Origin: Octopus bimaculoides
Taxonomy: Eukaryota
Assembly (NCBI RefSeq): GCF_001194135.2
Contig: NC_068998.1
Span: forward strand, 33,599,128 to 33,663,127
DNA: 64,000 nt
Direction of reading: 5' to 3'
The position numbers were made by a program, and so were the translations under genes. The number at the start of each line of letters is the position of its first letter. Position 1 is the first letter of the stretch. Below are positions 39,351-53,598 of this stretch, in pieces. The notes under the pieces are model-generated. The model was not told where the DNA came from. It saw only the letters and a list, made by a program, of their open reading frames with translations, and ran no database searches.

Positions 39351-39600
39351 GAGGGCATGTGGCCTAGTGGTTAGTTGGTTGCATTCATGATTGTAAGATT
39401 ATGTTTTTGATTTCTAGGCCTAGTAGTACATTGTGTTCTTCAGCTAAACACTCTCACATTCCACTGTAATCACTCCAACATCTGACCTGTGGTGAAGCAT
39501 GCACTGATGGAGTGAGTGAGCTTATGTGCAGCACAAATATTTGATCACTATAAATAATTATCTGTGTTGTTTGTTTGTCGAGAAATTACAGAACCATTTT
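39351..39600 (+). mobile_element. Decayed tRNA-headed SINE of a further family
   Basis: GGGCATGTGGCCTAGTGGTTAG box A followed by a decayed box B and CORE-like TGTGTTCTTCAGC. Confidence 0.55.
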
Positions 39601-39794
39601 TCTTAAATGCGAAACACTACCATTAATTAAAATTAAGATATATATATATCAATTCTAATTAATGGTAATGCTTGAGCATGGCTACAGTCTAATGCCTGAA
39701 ACAAAAGGAAAAAGTGTATATAAATATATATATATATATATATAAATATTATATGCTATTTTATTATATCATATTACATTATATTATATATATA

Positions 39795-39857
<63 letters not shown>

Positions 39858-40195
39858 AAAACTTCTAAAAACACTTCTTTAACAAAAAATAGCAACACAT
39901 ATTTACATCAGATATTTCTTAATCTTGATTTATGATCTGAGATCATGATCAAGAGAAGGTCAAATCAGTTTGATTTTGTTTCTTTTAGATATAAAAGGAA
40001 CAAAAGTATAAATAATATATTTCATATACTACAAGCTATATATAAATCTTTCATTATTTTCTTCTCATATCTAACCAGTCTCTGAGGATTTCTTTTTGAT
40101 ATAGCTGGTAACTACTCCATTTGATATCAAATACAATTTCTAAATATCTCTTTACATATGTGTGTGTGTTTGTGTTGGTGTTTAAACACACACAC

Positions 40196-40233
<38 letters not shown>

Positions 40234-40951
40234 TGTAGCTTAAAAAACAAAAAAAATTGTACAGTGCAGATTTTATATTTTACAAATCAGCTGATATTTC
40301 ATTCTGTTACTTTTCTGTTATGTACCTTCAATCAGATAATAATAAAATAAAATAAAGGAATTTATTGGTGAGACTTCCCACTAAGATGATTTCAGTTGGT
40401 CAAGAGAATCAGTCAAGAAGACCAGGTGGTAGTTTGTGTTTAGCCTTTACTAATAATGTTGCTGCTGCAGTAGTTAGTTTGGGTTATGGTGTAAGAAAGA
40501 GCACTTCATGTGACCTGCCATGATCAGGGTCAGGCATTATTCTGTGGAGACGATAGTGTGCAGATTTAATGGCTATGCTAATTCAATGAATATTCTTAGT
40601 TAATGATAGTTCTCCAAGTGGAAGTGTCACAAGTGATGACAGATAGACTATATCTCAGTCCTCCACTTTTTTAAATCACCGGCTATTTCAGGAACTGAAA
40701 TGCCCACAGCCATCTCACATAATAATTATGTGCCTCATTGTTACATAAGTTAGTTATGTCTGCATGATTTCAATTCTATAGCCCATTTGTTTCCAAATAA
40801 ATTGTAACAAAGAGGTAGCATTCCTTTAAATCCTGAATAAGTATATATATTTATGCCATTCAATGATATTTGCATTTGTCTTCAGTATATTCCTTTGACT
40901 ACCATAATGGTTAAGTTTGATTTATATACTGATGTTAGAAAGACAGAAGTG

Positions 40952-41275
40952 AAGGCATGTAGCTTAGTGGTTAGGGTTTTTGGTTCAAGATCATATGATT
41001 ATGAGTTCAATACTTGGTGGTGCATTGTGTCCTTGAGCAAGTCACTTTATTTCATGTTGCTCCAGTCTACTCAGCCAGCAGAAATGAGTTGTACATGTAT
41101 TTCAAAGGGGCCAGCCTTTTCACATTCTGTGTTACACTGGATCTCCCTAAGAACTACGTAAAGAGTATGCATGTCAGTGAAGGGCTCAGCCACTTGCACA
41201 GTAATTTCATGAGCAGGTTGTTCCATTGATCAGATCAACTGGAACCCTTGTCATCATATTCAGCAGAGGGCCACT
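40952..41275 (+). mobile_element. tRNA-headed SINE (third family)
   Basis: TAGCTTAGTGG box A, GAGTTCAATACT box B, CORE-like TGTCCTTGAGCAAGTCACTT and a distinct GC-richer tail. Confidence 0.7.
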
Positions 41276-44200
41276 AGAGAGGTAGAAAGAGAAAGGGAGA
41301 GAGGTATGATCTTTTAAGCAATTTGAAACCTTTCTGCTGTTTCAAGTTGGTTGTTGAGATTAGGGTTCTGGGTGTATTCCTTAGATTATGGTGTATGATT
41401 TAGGGAGTAATGGAAGTCAAAAACAATTGACTTTTAGTGTATTGTTATTAAAACACATTGTTGTATTTATGCAAGGGTGGTAAATAGTATTTTACTAATT
41501 TTGCTAGATACAGAATGTTCATGGCTATATTGCTGACAACATTTGTTCTAAATATGCTCACTCAAACCAAATCATGTTTATCTTCCTAGTTCTGGTTGTG
41601 TGTGTGTGTGTTATGTTCCATGAGTATTAGTTTCTTACTTAAGTCACTAGTTTCATAGAATCAGGAATGACTATTGAAAATATGCCATTTATGGCATTTA
41701 TGAGGTTCTAAATTTTAGGGATGACATCTCTTGCATATGTATGCGGTTTTTGTATTGGTTTTCTGAAAGCTGATAATTGCCTAATGTCTAAATGAGTAGC
41801 TCTTGTTTGATTGGTGCTAATGTTGATGAATAAAGGAGTATTGTTTTGAATGTTTTGATCAGATACTCTTCAAGTCTTTCCATTATGCAGCCTTGCAAGA
41901 TTTATATAATTACTAAGCTGTTGTTTCTCTACAATTCAGATGTGGTTCAATTCCTGAGGATGTCAAAGATGAAGAGTTTCATAAGATCCAAACATTTGCT
42001 TCACAGTACCTCCCCATAGAATATTTAAAAAAAAGAGAAAAGAGTCTTTATCTTTTGTAACAAAGTAGGAATCCTCATACCAAAGGAGTGACTTCTTACT
42101 TTTCATTATTATTCTTGTAGTAAGTTTGCTAATGTTAATAAATTTCCTCTTGAGTTGCAGGTTGTGCAGAAAAAAGGAATTTGATATAGATGAGTTGAAT
42201 TTTATGTCAAAATGGATAAGCCTACAAAACAGACTTTTTCTGTGTTGTTGAACCACTTCTTGCTTTGGTTGCATTGCTGTTCCATTGTACTAGTTTCATA
42301 AAATTCTTAATTCGAAAGTGAAATGTATCAAGAATACACTTACTGACTGAACAAAGCTCATTTTTGTCTGAGTAAATTAACCTACACCTATAGTTGAAAA
42401 CTCAAGTGAACCGAATATGTAATTCATGAGGGTGATGTAGGGTTTGTCCATGTTGAGGTTTGTCACAAGATATTTACTTTTAACTGGGAGATAAATTCTT
42501 TTATTTGCATAGTGTTCTTTACACTACACTCACACACACATATATAGATATAAATATATGTATCCTTATATATTTATATAAGTACATATGTATCAAATCT
42601 TGTAATCAGGCAATACTATATTTCAAGGCACTTGACTGATCTACATGAGATCATTCAAAATCAATCCAGTCTGTAGGCTACAAACAAGCTGCATTGTGGA
42701 AATCCAGTTATTCAATTATTATGTAAAAAAAAGAGGGGAAATTACTCAGTATGAGGTATATAGTTGCAAATCAAATATCTAGATGCATGTCACCAGAATT
42801 CCAGAAACTCTGACCTTTCATTTAAGCTATGTGAGTTTTAGAGTAAGGTGTGGTATATGTCAGTCCATTTTCAGCATAAGTATGAGTAAAGAAGCGATGA
42901 GTATCTGATATCAAATGTTCTTAAATTTGCATATTGATTGTAAATGAAATAGTATTTGATTTATCAAAAACCAAACATACTTGGACAAGTATATTGGGAT
43001 TATTTTTTAAGTGCTTGAATGAACGGATGTGCTGAGTAAAAAGTGTCTGGAAATTATTAGCAGTCAAATAATGATACTACATAGATACATTAGCTTTGTC
43101 ATGTTATATTGCAACTGAGGGGGAAAAGTTTGAAGCAATATAATTACAGGTAGGAGGTAATTCAGTTTTATTGATATAAGAAAATTTGTTTAAATAGAAA
43201 TATTTCATAGAGCTGATAAAATTTTTGCACCAAAAATAACTAAAATTAATCAAATTCATGTTTAAAGATGCCCCTGATTCTTTGGGAAATGGAAATAAAT
43301 TAAGTTTTAAAATCTTTGGCAGTATTCATAATCATATCTAAACCGTAATTTTAATTGTATCACATAATATTGTTTGGTCTCCTTTCACATTAGGGAGTAT
43401 TAGTGCAGATAATTTATTGTATATTAACAGAAAGCCTCAGTATAATAATGGCAAGTGCTAAAATACGTGGCTTCTGTAGAAGATAATGTAGACATGTTTA
43501 AGAATAATAAAAATTAAAGATTTTACAGAAAACTGAATGAATGATTGGAATTCTTATTTATTTAAAAGATACTATCACTATTCAAAATGTTTATCAAAAA
43601 TTGTTCTCCATTTAAACTTTTCCATCTTGGTTTTACAACCACAATTCAGAGTGTATCATTTATTAAAAGATGTGAGATGTATCATCCTTTATTAGAGTAA
43701 AGGGAAAAAGCACCTTACATTATATATCTTCTTGCTCTTTGATGTTCTGAGTTAAAATCCTGCCATGGTCAGCTTTACCTTTTATCCTCTCAAGGTTCAC
43801 AAAATATCAGTCAAAGTTACCTATGGTATTGCTTAATGCACCTCTACACATATACACATCTCAAATTTGTTGACCAAGTACCTAAGTTAGAACTCAATCT
43901 TGTGGTTGTCTTCATAGCTAATCTTGTAATGAGCTCAAACATTAGTAAACATACAATTGGTTGGTGATGGCTGAGAATATGAAATAGCTCTCTCTCTTAC
44001 CCTCTCTGAGGAGAGAAAAAAACTGTTTCATACTGATGTATTTCATACCAGATGTCAATAATAACAACAACATTAATAATAATAATTGAAATTCAACTAG
44101 AGGGTTGCAAATTTGAGATTACAATAATGAAGGTAATAAAAAATTATAACATTTTAATAAGATATTCGTATTTCAATCTTAAACTGATCCGTTCACTGAG

Positions 44201-44769
44201 ACAGTGAATTCTAGATTATTTTTGGAAATCAGAAAGAAGTCCGAAGATATTTTTTTCATTTCTATTTTTCAAATCTGATAGAAAGATTTTAAAATCAGAA
44301 AATTAATGAGAGAGAGTGAGAGTGTGTGTGTTGAATGGATTAATTTCCTTTCATTTTTAATTCTACCATAGTTTTTGATAGTACTCCCTTCTTAGATTCC
44401 AAAATCTTTTACAAAGTTTTTGATAAGAGAAAAATTTAACACAAAGTATATGATGATATCCAGAAAATTAGCTGAACTAAAACTAGTATCAACTGTAACA
44501 CACAAACCTATTGTACTAAATAATTTTGTGAAATCTTTTCTAAATCTATCAAGTTGGTGACTGTTCATATTGTACAAGATTAAAAGCTATTACACTCATA
44601 TATATGATTTGGTATTGTTGATCAACTTGAAAAACAAAACATTTACTGGGGGTGGGATCCTATACATTAACTACATTAAAATTTAAAGATAATATTTATT
44701 AGACTGGTACCTTGGGTATGTATGTATGTATCTATGCACAGATGTATGGATGCATGCATGTATATTTTT

Positions 44770-44990
44770 ATCTTTTACTTGTTTCAGTCAATAGAGTACA
44801 GCCATACTAGAGCACCACCTTAAGAAATTTTAGTTGAGTTAATTGACCCCAGTACTTATCTTTTGTAAAGCCTGGCACTTATTCTATGTATCTCTTTTGC
44901 TGAACTGCTAAGTTACAGGGATGTAAACACACCAACACAAGTTGTCAAGTGGTCTTGGGAGACAAACACATACATAATGACACACACACA
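44770..44990 (-). mobile_element. CORE-type SINE 3' half
   Basis: CTTGTTTCAGTC...GAGCACCACC...GTAAACACACCA family motifs. Confidence 0.75.
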
Positions 44991-44991
44991 C

Positions 44992-45026
<35 letters not shown>

Positions 45027-45032
45027 TATATA

Positions 45033-45280
45033 CTAGCAGAGATACTCGGCTTTGCCTGTGTCACATGGAACTGAAGAATTAGACTTTTATTTTATATTTT
45101 CTCTAATGAACTGGAATAGCAATGATTTGAATTTCCTCAAAATCGCAGATTAAGAATTTTAATGAGGATTCTTTCCTTCTTTATACACTCTAACAAAAAT
45201 TCTAATCATGACATATTTATTCCATACTACTCCCAGATTCTAAAATCAAAATCTTATGAAACCTATTGAAAGGCTTTTGC
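45033..45280 (-). mobile_element. Non-autonomous Helitron-like 3' end fragment
   Basis: The minus strand ends ...CAGGCAAAGCCGAGTATCTCTGCTAG|T: a decayed GC hairpin, CTAG terminus and flanking T. The other boundary is uncertain. Confidence 0.5.
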
Positions 45281-45653
45281 TCCTGAAAAATGGAGCACAT
45301 GGAACTCTAAAATGTGGAAGTTAAGACCCCAACTGTGTGTTCATGCTTGCACATGTGTAAATGATAGCATGTGACCAAATGCTTTCTGTGTTGGGATCAC
45401 AAGTGTTATGTTATGGCTTCAGTTGATGGACAGTGTGGCATGATAAGTCCTTGAATTAAATACTCTGCTTCACGTTGCTTTGTCCTTCTCAGCTGAAAAT
45501 GAGTAAAGGCAAGAGCTGTGCTTGACTACCATTCAATTCACTGAGGTGTCTTGTAATATTGGTCACTTAAATGCTATGGAAAGTGGGATGAGTTCCAGCC
45601 TAATAAGGCTGCAGTTTTAAGACAGGCTTTAAATATTGCACATATGTGTGCAT

Positions 45654-45699
<46 letters not shown>

Positions 45700-45704
45700 A
45701 CACA

Positions 45705-47209
45705 CAATGGTGGCCAAAATTAGAGAACGAAAATAAAATTTAAAGATATTTACATTTCTACTTCATTTTTCTGAATAAGATTTTTATTGCATATGTTCAT
45801 TATTTACAATAAATTTTGTAGGAAGTGATTAATAACTAACTGATTTATGATAGAGAAAATGTCTATTTGAAAAATAAAAGATGGGCAAAATTAGAGAACG
45901 TATGGTGTAAAATTCAAAAAGTAAAATCCAGCAACACTGAACAATTTAAACTAAGTTGATCTAACAGTGGAAATATTTATAGTGAACAGTAGTGAATTAA
46001 CAAGCATGGAAAGCCATTTTGAAGTTGTTGAAAGCCTCAAGATGTGAGTAGTCACATTGAAAAATGAAGGAATGGCTATTTCTGCTATCACTAGAAATAT
46101 TAACAGATCAAAGAGTGTTGTTTCAAAAATATTCAAGCTTTATGAAGAAATAAGCTCATTTGTGACATTAGAAAAATAAGGATGACCACAGAATACAAGT
46201 GTTCAGCAAGACCATATGATTCAGGGGCTGTTATTAAGAGATCGTTTCAGTACTGCCGCAGGGATTTCTTGCATTTCTTGAAATGAATGTGTCTCAGAAC
46301 ACTCTGACTTGTCATTTGAAGGAAGTCAGACTTTATGCCCGTTTCCTTGCCATTAAACCCCTCATCAGTATGAAGAACCAAAAAGTGAGGTTAGTCTTTG
46401 CCAATGAGCACAAACTTTGGATGAATGACAACTGGTTGTGCATATTCTAAGTTCAGTTTAGTTGGCTCTGATGGTAGGCAATACTTGAGATGTCGTAAAA
46501 GTGAAAGATTACTCCCTAAATGCTTGGAGGATTATTGGTATGGGGAATGATTTCTGCAGCAGGTATCGGACTTTTGATTTGGATCCATGGTAATGTGAAC
46601 GCAGCCATATACAAAAACAATCATTGTGCAGCATGTTGTGCCAAGTATGAGGTCATCTTCAAATCATCAGCCAATCTTTATGCAGGATAATGCACCATGT
46701 CACAAGCTAAAATAATTGAGGGGTTGTTTGAAGTTGAAAACCTTACTGTGATGCATTGGTCAGCTCAGAGTCCTGACCTTAATCACAGTGAAAACTTATG
46801 AAAGATACTTGGTGATAAGATCAGAGAGCACTGACCTATGAGTGTTATGATTTTGTGAGTAAAACTTCAGGAAGGACGAAATAAAATTATATTATGTGAG
46901 AAATTGGTCAAATCTTGTGGATGGGGATATGCCGAAATTATTAGAAATAAAGGAATTTACATGTCTTATTACTATATTGATGTGGATTGCAAAAATTTCT
47001 GGCAAAATTTTAATTTCTTAAATTTTATGTCATACATTCTCTAATTTTGTCCACCTTGTATTTTTCAAATAAATTATTTAGTTATTTATCACTTGCTTCA
47101 AAATTTATTGTAAGTAATGAACATACTACAAAGTAAAAATCCCATTAGAAAAATGAAGTAGGAATGTAAATATTTTTTTTATTTTGTTCTCTAATTTTGG
47201 TCATTACCA
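45705..47209 (+). mobile_element. Tc1-family (DD34E) transposon with ~200-bp IR-DR terminal repeats, inactivated
   Basis: The motif CAAAATTAGAGAA occurs at the outer and inner end of each long TIR; TA follows the right end. Peptides TLKNEGMAISAITRNINRSKSVVSKIFKLY, FMQDNAPCH and WSAQSPDLNHSENL; many stops. Confidence 0.88.
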
Positions 47210-47394
47210 TATCCATATACAGTTGTGTGTATATATACAAGGCAAATCAAAAATTTTAAAAAAACATGAAAAACAACAAAGGATATACACAGTGAATTTG
47301 TTAGATTGATGCTCAGAAACAGTTTAGATGGAAAAAAGATGGGTGTGACGTTTCGAGCATAGCTCTCCTTCAGAGAGAGGAAAGAAGTTGTTTT

Positions 47395-47760
47395 TCAACC
47401 ACAAGGTTTAGCCCCACTGCATGGTACCTTGTGCAAGTGTTTTCTACTATAGTCTCAGGCTGACCAAAGCCTTGTGAATGGACTTGATAAATGAAAACTG
47501 AAAGCTTATTATATATATATATGTTTGTATATATAACTAACTGTGTGTCTCTGTGTCTGTGTTTATCTTCCACCATTGCATGACAACTGGTGTTGGTGTG
47601 TTTACGTCTCTGTAACTTAGCAGTTTGACAAAAAAGACTGATGGAATAAGAAGCAAGCTTAAAAAAGAATAAGTACTGGGGTTGATTCATTCGACTAAAA
47701 TTTCAAGGTAGTGCCGGTATGACCACAGTCTAACAAGACCGAAACAAGTAAAAGATGAAA
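47395..47760 (+). mobile_element. CORE-type SINE lacking box A region
   Basis: CCCCACTGCATGGTACCTTGTGCAAGTG through to GAAACAAGTAAAAGATG. Confidence 0.8.
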
Positions 47761-48266
47761 GATAAAAGAGAAGGTAAAGAACAGTCCAAGAAAAGCACGT
47801 GTGTTATTACATGGCTGAAAAATAATATTTATCATGATCATAACAATTTATACCATTTACTGTTTGTGTTCTATATTAATTAGCATTGGAAGAAGTGACT
47901 AAACGACCAATATCAGAGAGCAAAAAGTAAAACAACAATAAGTGTAAAAGCTCTACACAATGAATCTACCTTCTAAAAGTCTAAAGATGCCATTAAGAGG
48001 AAATCACTGGTAATTCACATACAACTAAGGTTGAAATATGAAATTTAATTCATCATACATGACAATATAAATTGGATTTAATGAAAATGTTGTTAAACAT
48101 TGACAGTTTGTAGGATTTAATATACAGGACTAAAATAAAGAGACTCATTAATGACGATCTTTTGCTCCTCCAGTTAGAAAAAGAATCAATTAATTAAAAC
48201 TTGTAAATTGGAATTTAATTGGTACATACATATGTATGGATGTGTGTGTGTGTGTGTGTGCATATG

Positions 48267-49146
48267 CTGAGTGTGGTGAATAAACTGTCGTCTAAATTAT
48301 GCAAGAATGAAAATAACATATTAACAGATATAGTTACCAAAATTACATAAGAATATTTTGAAATACTAAAGAGTAAATTTATTCAACAAAATCGCCATTG
48401 GCTTCAGCTAAGACCTCCAGATGACTTTGGAATCTCCTGCAAATCTTCTGCACAGTCTCTTGTTTAAGTTGGTGAATGCTGCCATAATCCTTGCTTTCAA
48501 TTCATCTTTGGTGTTACAATGAGTTTTGTTGGTCTCTCACTCAACTGTGGCCCACACATAATTATCAAGGGGGTTGCATTCTGGGGCGTTAGGTCGTCAG
48601 ATGTTAGAGGTGATGTGGTCACAGAAATTGTCTGACAGCCATGATTTGAGTTCTCTTACTTGTGTGTCATGGTGCAGAGTCCTGTTGCCAGACATAGGGT
48701 CTTCCAGTAGCCACCCTTTTGACCCAGGGCAGCCCTACCTCCTCCAAGTACTTGATGTAGGCCTCCGTGTTGAGTCTAAGGCCGTGTGGGAAGATGAATA
48801 GAGTCATAACGTTGCTATCACTAGTGATCACTCCAAATACCATGGTGTTAACTGGATGTTTTTGATATTTATCACCCTTGGTACATGATTTAGGGATACA
48901 ACAAGCCAATGGTTGTTCTGTGTGTTCACCATCTGTTTGTACTGGAGCTTCTGGCATGATTGCCAAGCAGTAGAGCATGTTGTTTCCAAATTTCTGGCAT
49001 TGTGAATTGCATCATGGTGCTGTTTTTCTCACAGACAGTGTCCAACTGACCCTACTAAACTATGTTGCTGACAAAATTGAAAACTAACAATGCACATGCA
49101 CAAAATTAAAAACATAAAATGGCGGCAGTTTACTCATTGCACTCCA
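48267..49146 (-). mobile_element. Internally deleted DD37D (maT) transposon, copy 2
   Basis: Collinear with 5484-6374; KHPVNTMVFGVITSD...YVWQQDSAP (ORF 48667-48978); decayed TIRs with TA at the right flank. Confidence 0.9.
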
Positions 49147-49280
49147 TATGTATAATATGTGTGTGTGTGTATGTATGCATGTATGTATATATGTACATAT
49201 GTGTATGTATGTATATATATACATGTATAATATACATATGTATGTACAATATATATATATATGTATATACATATATGTGC

Positions 49281-49328
<48 letters not shown>

Positions 49329-49452
49329 TGTAAATTGAATTTTACCTTGTTTTGTCTTTTTTTTTTATTTAATATAAAGAATCTGAGTGTTTAGGTTGTT
49401 AATAATGTTATTTACTTGTTGGCATGTTTATGCATGTGTGTCAGTATGTATG

Positions 49453-49495
<43 letters not shown>

Positions 49496-50150
49496 TCTTC
49501 ATTGTGTGTATATGAGTGTGTCTTTGTGTGTTTAATGGTGAAGCAGGTGTTTGCAAAATTGGAAGAAAATTCTAAATTATTCTTTTAGAAATTGAGTTTG
49601 AAATAATTTCTTAAGAGTACAGTTAGGATGCTTCTGAATGCTTCCATGTCTTTGTTTGTGTGTGGGGGTGGTGAGGAGGTTGCATGCATGTGTGATACTA
49701 CTTTTAGAACTTGAAACATGAGCTGAAATTTTCAAGGATGTGAGTGAGGAGAGTGTAGATGACTATCTGCATATGGAATATGTTGGACTTGCTAGAAATA
49801 GATAACGTTTAGTGACAAAAAATAACTTAAACCTTAGTTTAGACAATATTTAGTTAAAACAACTAACAAATTAAGGTTTATTGCTAAGTGTAGAATGATG
49901 TTTGAATCATGGTTTTGATAACAAGTAGGCTGAATATAATGGGTGGAAGATGGGGAAATATAAGCATGGTAAGATTACAGGGAGAAGAATTGTGAAAATT
50001 TCTAGATAGATTGAGAAGTGAAGTGGTAGATTGAGAAGAGAAAGTACTAATTAGCAGAGAGAATGAAAGAATTCTTCTATGTGGTTTCTCAAACTGCAAG
50101 TAGTGTGTGGGTATGTATGTGTGTGTACCTATCTATTCATGTACACAAAG

Positions 50151-50185
<35 letters not shown>

Positions 50186-50426
50186 TACACACATGCAGAC
50201 ATACACACACATATGTATTGTGAATATGTGTGTGCATGTGTATGTATGTATGCTATGCAACTATGCTTATTTATTGAAGGTTATCTAGCCATGACTAAAC
50301 TGTACGTTTCTTTGGTATATCAGTGATTACATTTTCCAATATATCGCAATATCAGTATGAGATTTGATTGTTATTTCCTCCAAGCCAAGTAACCATATTA
50401 TATAAAGATACATATATGTATATACA

Positions 50427-50489
<63 letters not shown>

Positions 50490-51680
50490 NNNNNNNNNNN
50501 NNNNNNNNNNNNNNNNNNNNNNNNNNNNNNNNNNNNNNNNNNNNNNNNNNNNNNGTGAAAAAGTCTTTAACATTTTGAGCCTATGCTCTTCCACAGAAAG
50601 GAACACAGAAAGAAACAAAGAGAGAAAAGAAGGATGTGCAGTGGCTAGCGATCTATACAGGTATGTGTTTGTGTGTGTAGATAAAAATAACACATATACC
50701 ATGAGGAAACCTAAGCAAAGAGGATGAAAGCAAGCAAAAACTATCACATGGAGTCAGATAAGTAAATGTTTATGTCAATACTTGGAAAGTGTAGAAATAT
50801 AAAGCAAACAAAAATTTCCAAAGAAGCGTATGATGAAACTTAATATGCCAAAAATAAATGTATATCATTCACCTGTGGTAGTCAGTGAATATATTCTTAA
50901 AGTCTACTTTTAACCAATCATGAGCACTTCTAGCCTTCATCACTAATTCGGTTCTCAACCAAATTGAATACATTTTCTTAGCAATGATGGTTCAGTTCTA
51001 AGCTACATTTGAAGATTAAGTAATTGAAATTTGGTTCATTAAAAAAAGTTAGGTCAAAATATGAGGTCAAAAATGGGAGAGTATGGCAGAAAATGAACTT
51101 TAAATCAAACTATCTCAGTTTGAAGGAAAATATAAATTAATTGAGTTTAAAAGAATGTGCTCATTGAGAAGAATTTTTACATTACAAAAAATGTAGTGTG
51201 GTTTAAGTGGTGAAAAATTGGTAAATAACCCCCAAAATTGACTTTGAATCAGAATATTTCAGCTATTGTGAAAAAAAATTGTACAATAGTTGTGTTCAAA
51301 TGAAAAACCTCTATGAGAGAAATCTTATGGTGAAGATCTCATCAAAAAATATTAGCTACAAAAAAGTGATGTGGTTTTAAGTGATGATAAAAGAAGGTGA
51401 TCATTTTAGCAATTCAATATATTTTTGTCATTTTAAGATATTTAGCTTTATAAAACATGGTACTGCAACAGTCAACTTTTAGTCACTTGCAACAATTTCT
51501 AGACTTCATCACTAATTCAATTATTCTTAATTTAAGTTAATATTTTTGATTTTAAAATTTCTTTGCACTAAGCTAAAACATTTTTATCTTATTTTTAGTA
51601 TTAGTAGAATGAAAAATATAAAAGTAGATATGAGTAATTATAAATAAAAGCATTGCCTGGAAAAAAAGGGGACTATTATA

Positions 51681-52085
51681 GGTGCAGAAGTGGCTGTGTG
51701 GTAAGTAGCTTGCTTACCAACAACATGGTCCCAGGTTCAGTCCCACTGCATGGCACCTTAGGTAAGTGTCTCCTATTATAACCTCGGGCCAACCAAAGCC
51801 TTGTGACTGGATTTGGTAGATAGAAACTGAAAGAAGCCCATCGTATATGTATATATATATGTATGTGTGTGTGTTTGCGTGTCTGTGTTTGTCCCCCTCA
51901 CCATCACTTGGCAAGCAATAGTGGTGTGTCTACGTCCCCGTAACTTAACAGTTTGGCAAAAGAAACCGATAAAATAAGTACTAGGCTTCCAAAGAATAAG
52001 TCCCGGGGTTGATTTATTTGACTAAAGATGTTGATCCACCTTTAGTCTGTAGTCAAATGACTGAAACAAATAAATGAATGAAAGA
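51681..52085 (+). mobile_element. CORE-type SINE, full length
   Basis: GGTGCAGAAGTGGCTGTGTGGTAAG...GGTTCAGTCCC...CACCTTAGGTAAGTG through to the tail. Confidence 0.85.
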
Positions 52086-52258
52086 ATATAATGAAAACTC
52101 AGGGCTCAGAATGCTAGAATATTCTTAAGTATTCTTAAGAAGAAAAATAAACTTAAAATATTGTTGTTGAAGTTATAATTTAAAAACTAAAATAATGATA
52201 AATGCCTTTTTATATTTTTTATTTTTACATAAAAGTTTAAATTAAAATACTCAAGAAT

Positions 52259-52610
52259 AGGTGCAAGCATGGCTGTGTGGTAAGAAGCTTGCTTCCAACC
52301 ACATGGTTTGGCGTTGAGTCGCTTTGGCAAGTGTCTTCTGCTATAGCCTCAGGCTGACCAAAGCCTTGTGAGTGGATTTGGTAGATGGAAGCCCATCGTA
52401 TATACTTATGTGTGTGTTTGTCCCCCAAACATCATCTGACAACTGATGTTTGTGTGTCTACATCCCCGTAACTTAGTGGTTTGGCAAAAGAGACCGATAG
52501 AATAACTACTAGGTTTATAAAGAATAAATCCTGGGTTTGATTTCTTCAACTAAAACTCTTTAGGTGGTGCTCCAGCATGTCTGCAGACAAATCACTGGAA
52601 CAAGTAAGAG
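52259..52610 (+). mobile_element. CORE-type SINE
   Basis: Same family motifs with a small deletion in box B/CORE. Confidence 0.8.
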
Positions 52611-53329
52611 AATATCTATTATCTTTCAATTTTTCATCAAAAGACTAATTGCCTGCAATTTTACCCATTAAAAATTTAATATTACAAATATAGTGCTTTA
52701 TATATTTAAAAAATCACACATCAGTAAGTTAAGCAGAACTGACAATGTATTATAACCATTAAGTTTATTTTTAAAAATTGAGAGCCATTTCTGCATTTTG
52801 CACTCAATTTGCTCATTAGCTTTCATTTTTTAAAATATTCTGACTGTGAATAGAAAATGCTTTGTTATCTGATCATGCAAACATTAAAGAAGTTAATTCT
52901 TTTGTTTCTTAAAAATTTATTTCTACTTTTTTTACCTTTATTTTGGAATTACACATATTCCACATGAGTTTAATTTTAACAGAATATCTGTGATTTAAAA
53001 GTTTTGGATACTGAGTTAAGAAAATAAAATCAAAAAATAATACAATGCTAAAAGTAATATAGAAATGTCTTAGCTTAATACAAAGAGATTTTTAAATCAA
53101 AAATATTAACTTATATCTTTAAAATGCAATAAAAAGTAAATATATATATAAAACAAGAAGTGCACACTATGTGATTAACAATTTCAGAAACATATTTAGT
53201 AATTTCTAAATTCAGCAGCAATATTTTCTGTTTTTCTCACCTTCTTGTCCTGTATTTTTCCAAGTTCAATACTTAAAAATATTCCAGCATTCTGCACCCA
53301 CATTTTACATTCCAGTACATATATTTTTC

Positions 53330-53548
53330 ATCTCTTACTTGTTTAAATTACTGGTGTGTGGCCATATTGAAGCACTGCCTTGAAGGGTTTAGTTGAACAA
53401 GTCAACCTTAGGACTTAGTTTTATAAGCTTGGTACATATTCTATTGCTCTCTTTTGCCAAACTGCTAAATTACAAGGAGATAAACAAACCAGCACCTGTT
53501 GTCAAGTGGTGGTGGGAGACAAACATAATGGCACACACAAATATGTTT

Positions 53549-53560
<12 letters not shown>
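53330..53560 (-). mobile_element. CORE-type SINE 3' half
   Basis: Tail motifs on the minus strand ending at (TA)n. Confidence 0.7.
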
Positions 53561-53598
<38 letters not shown>

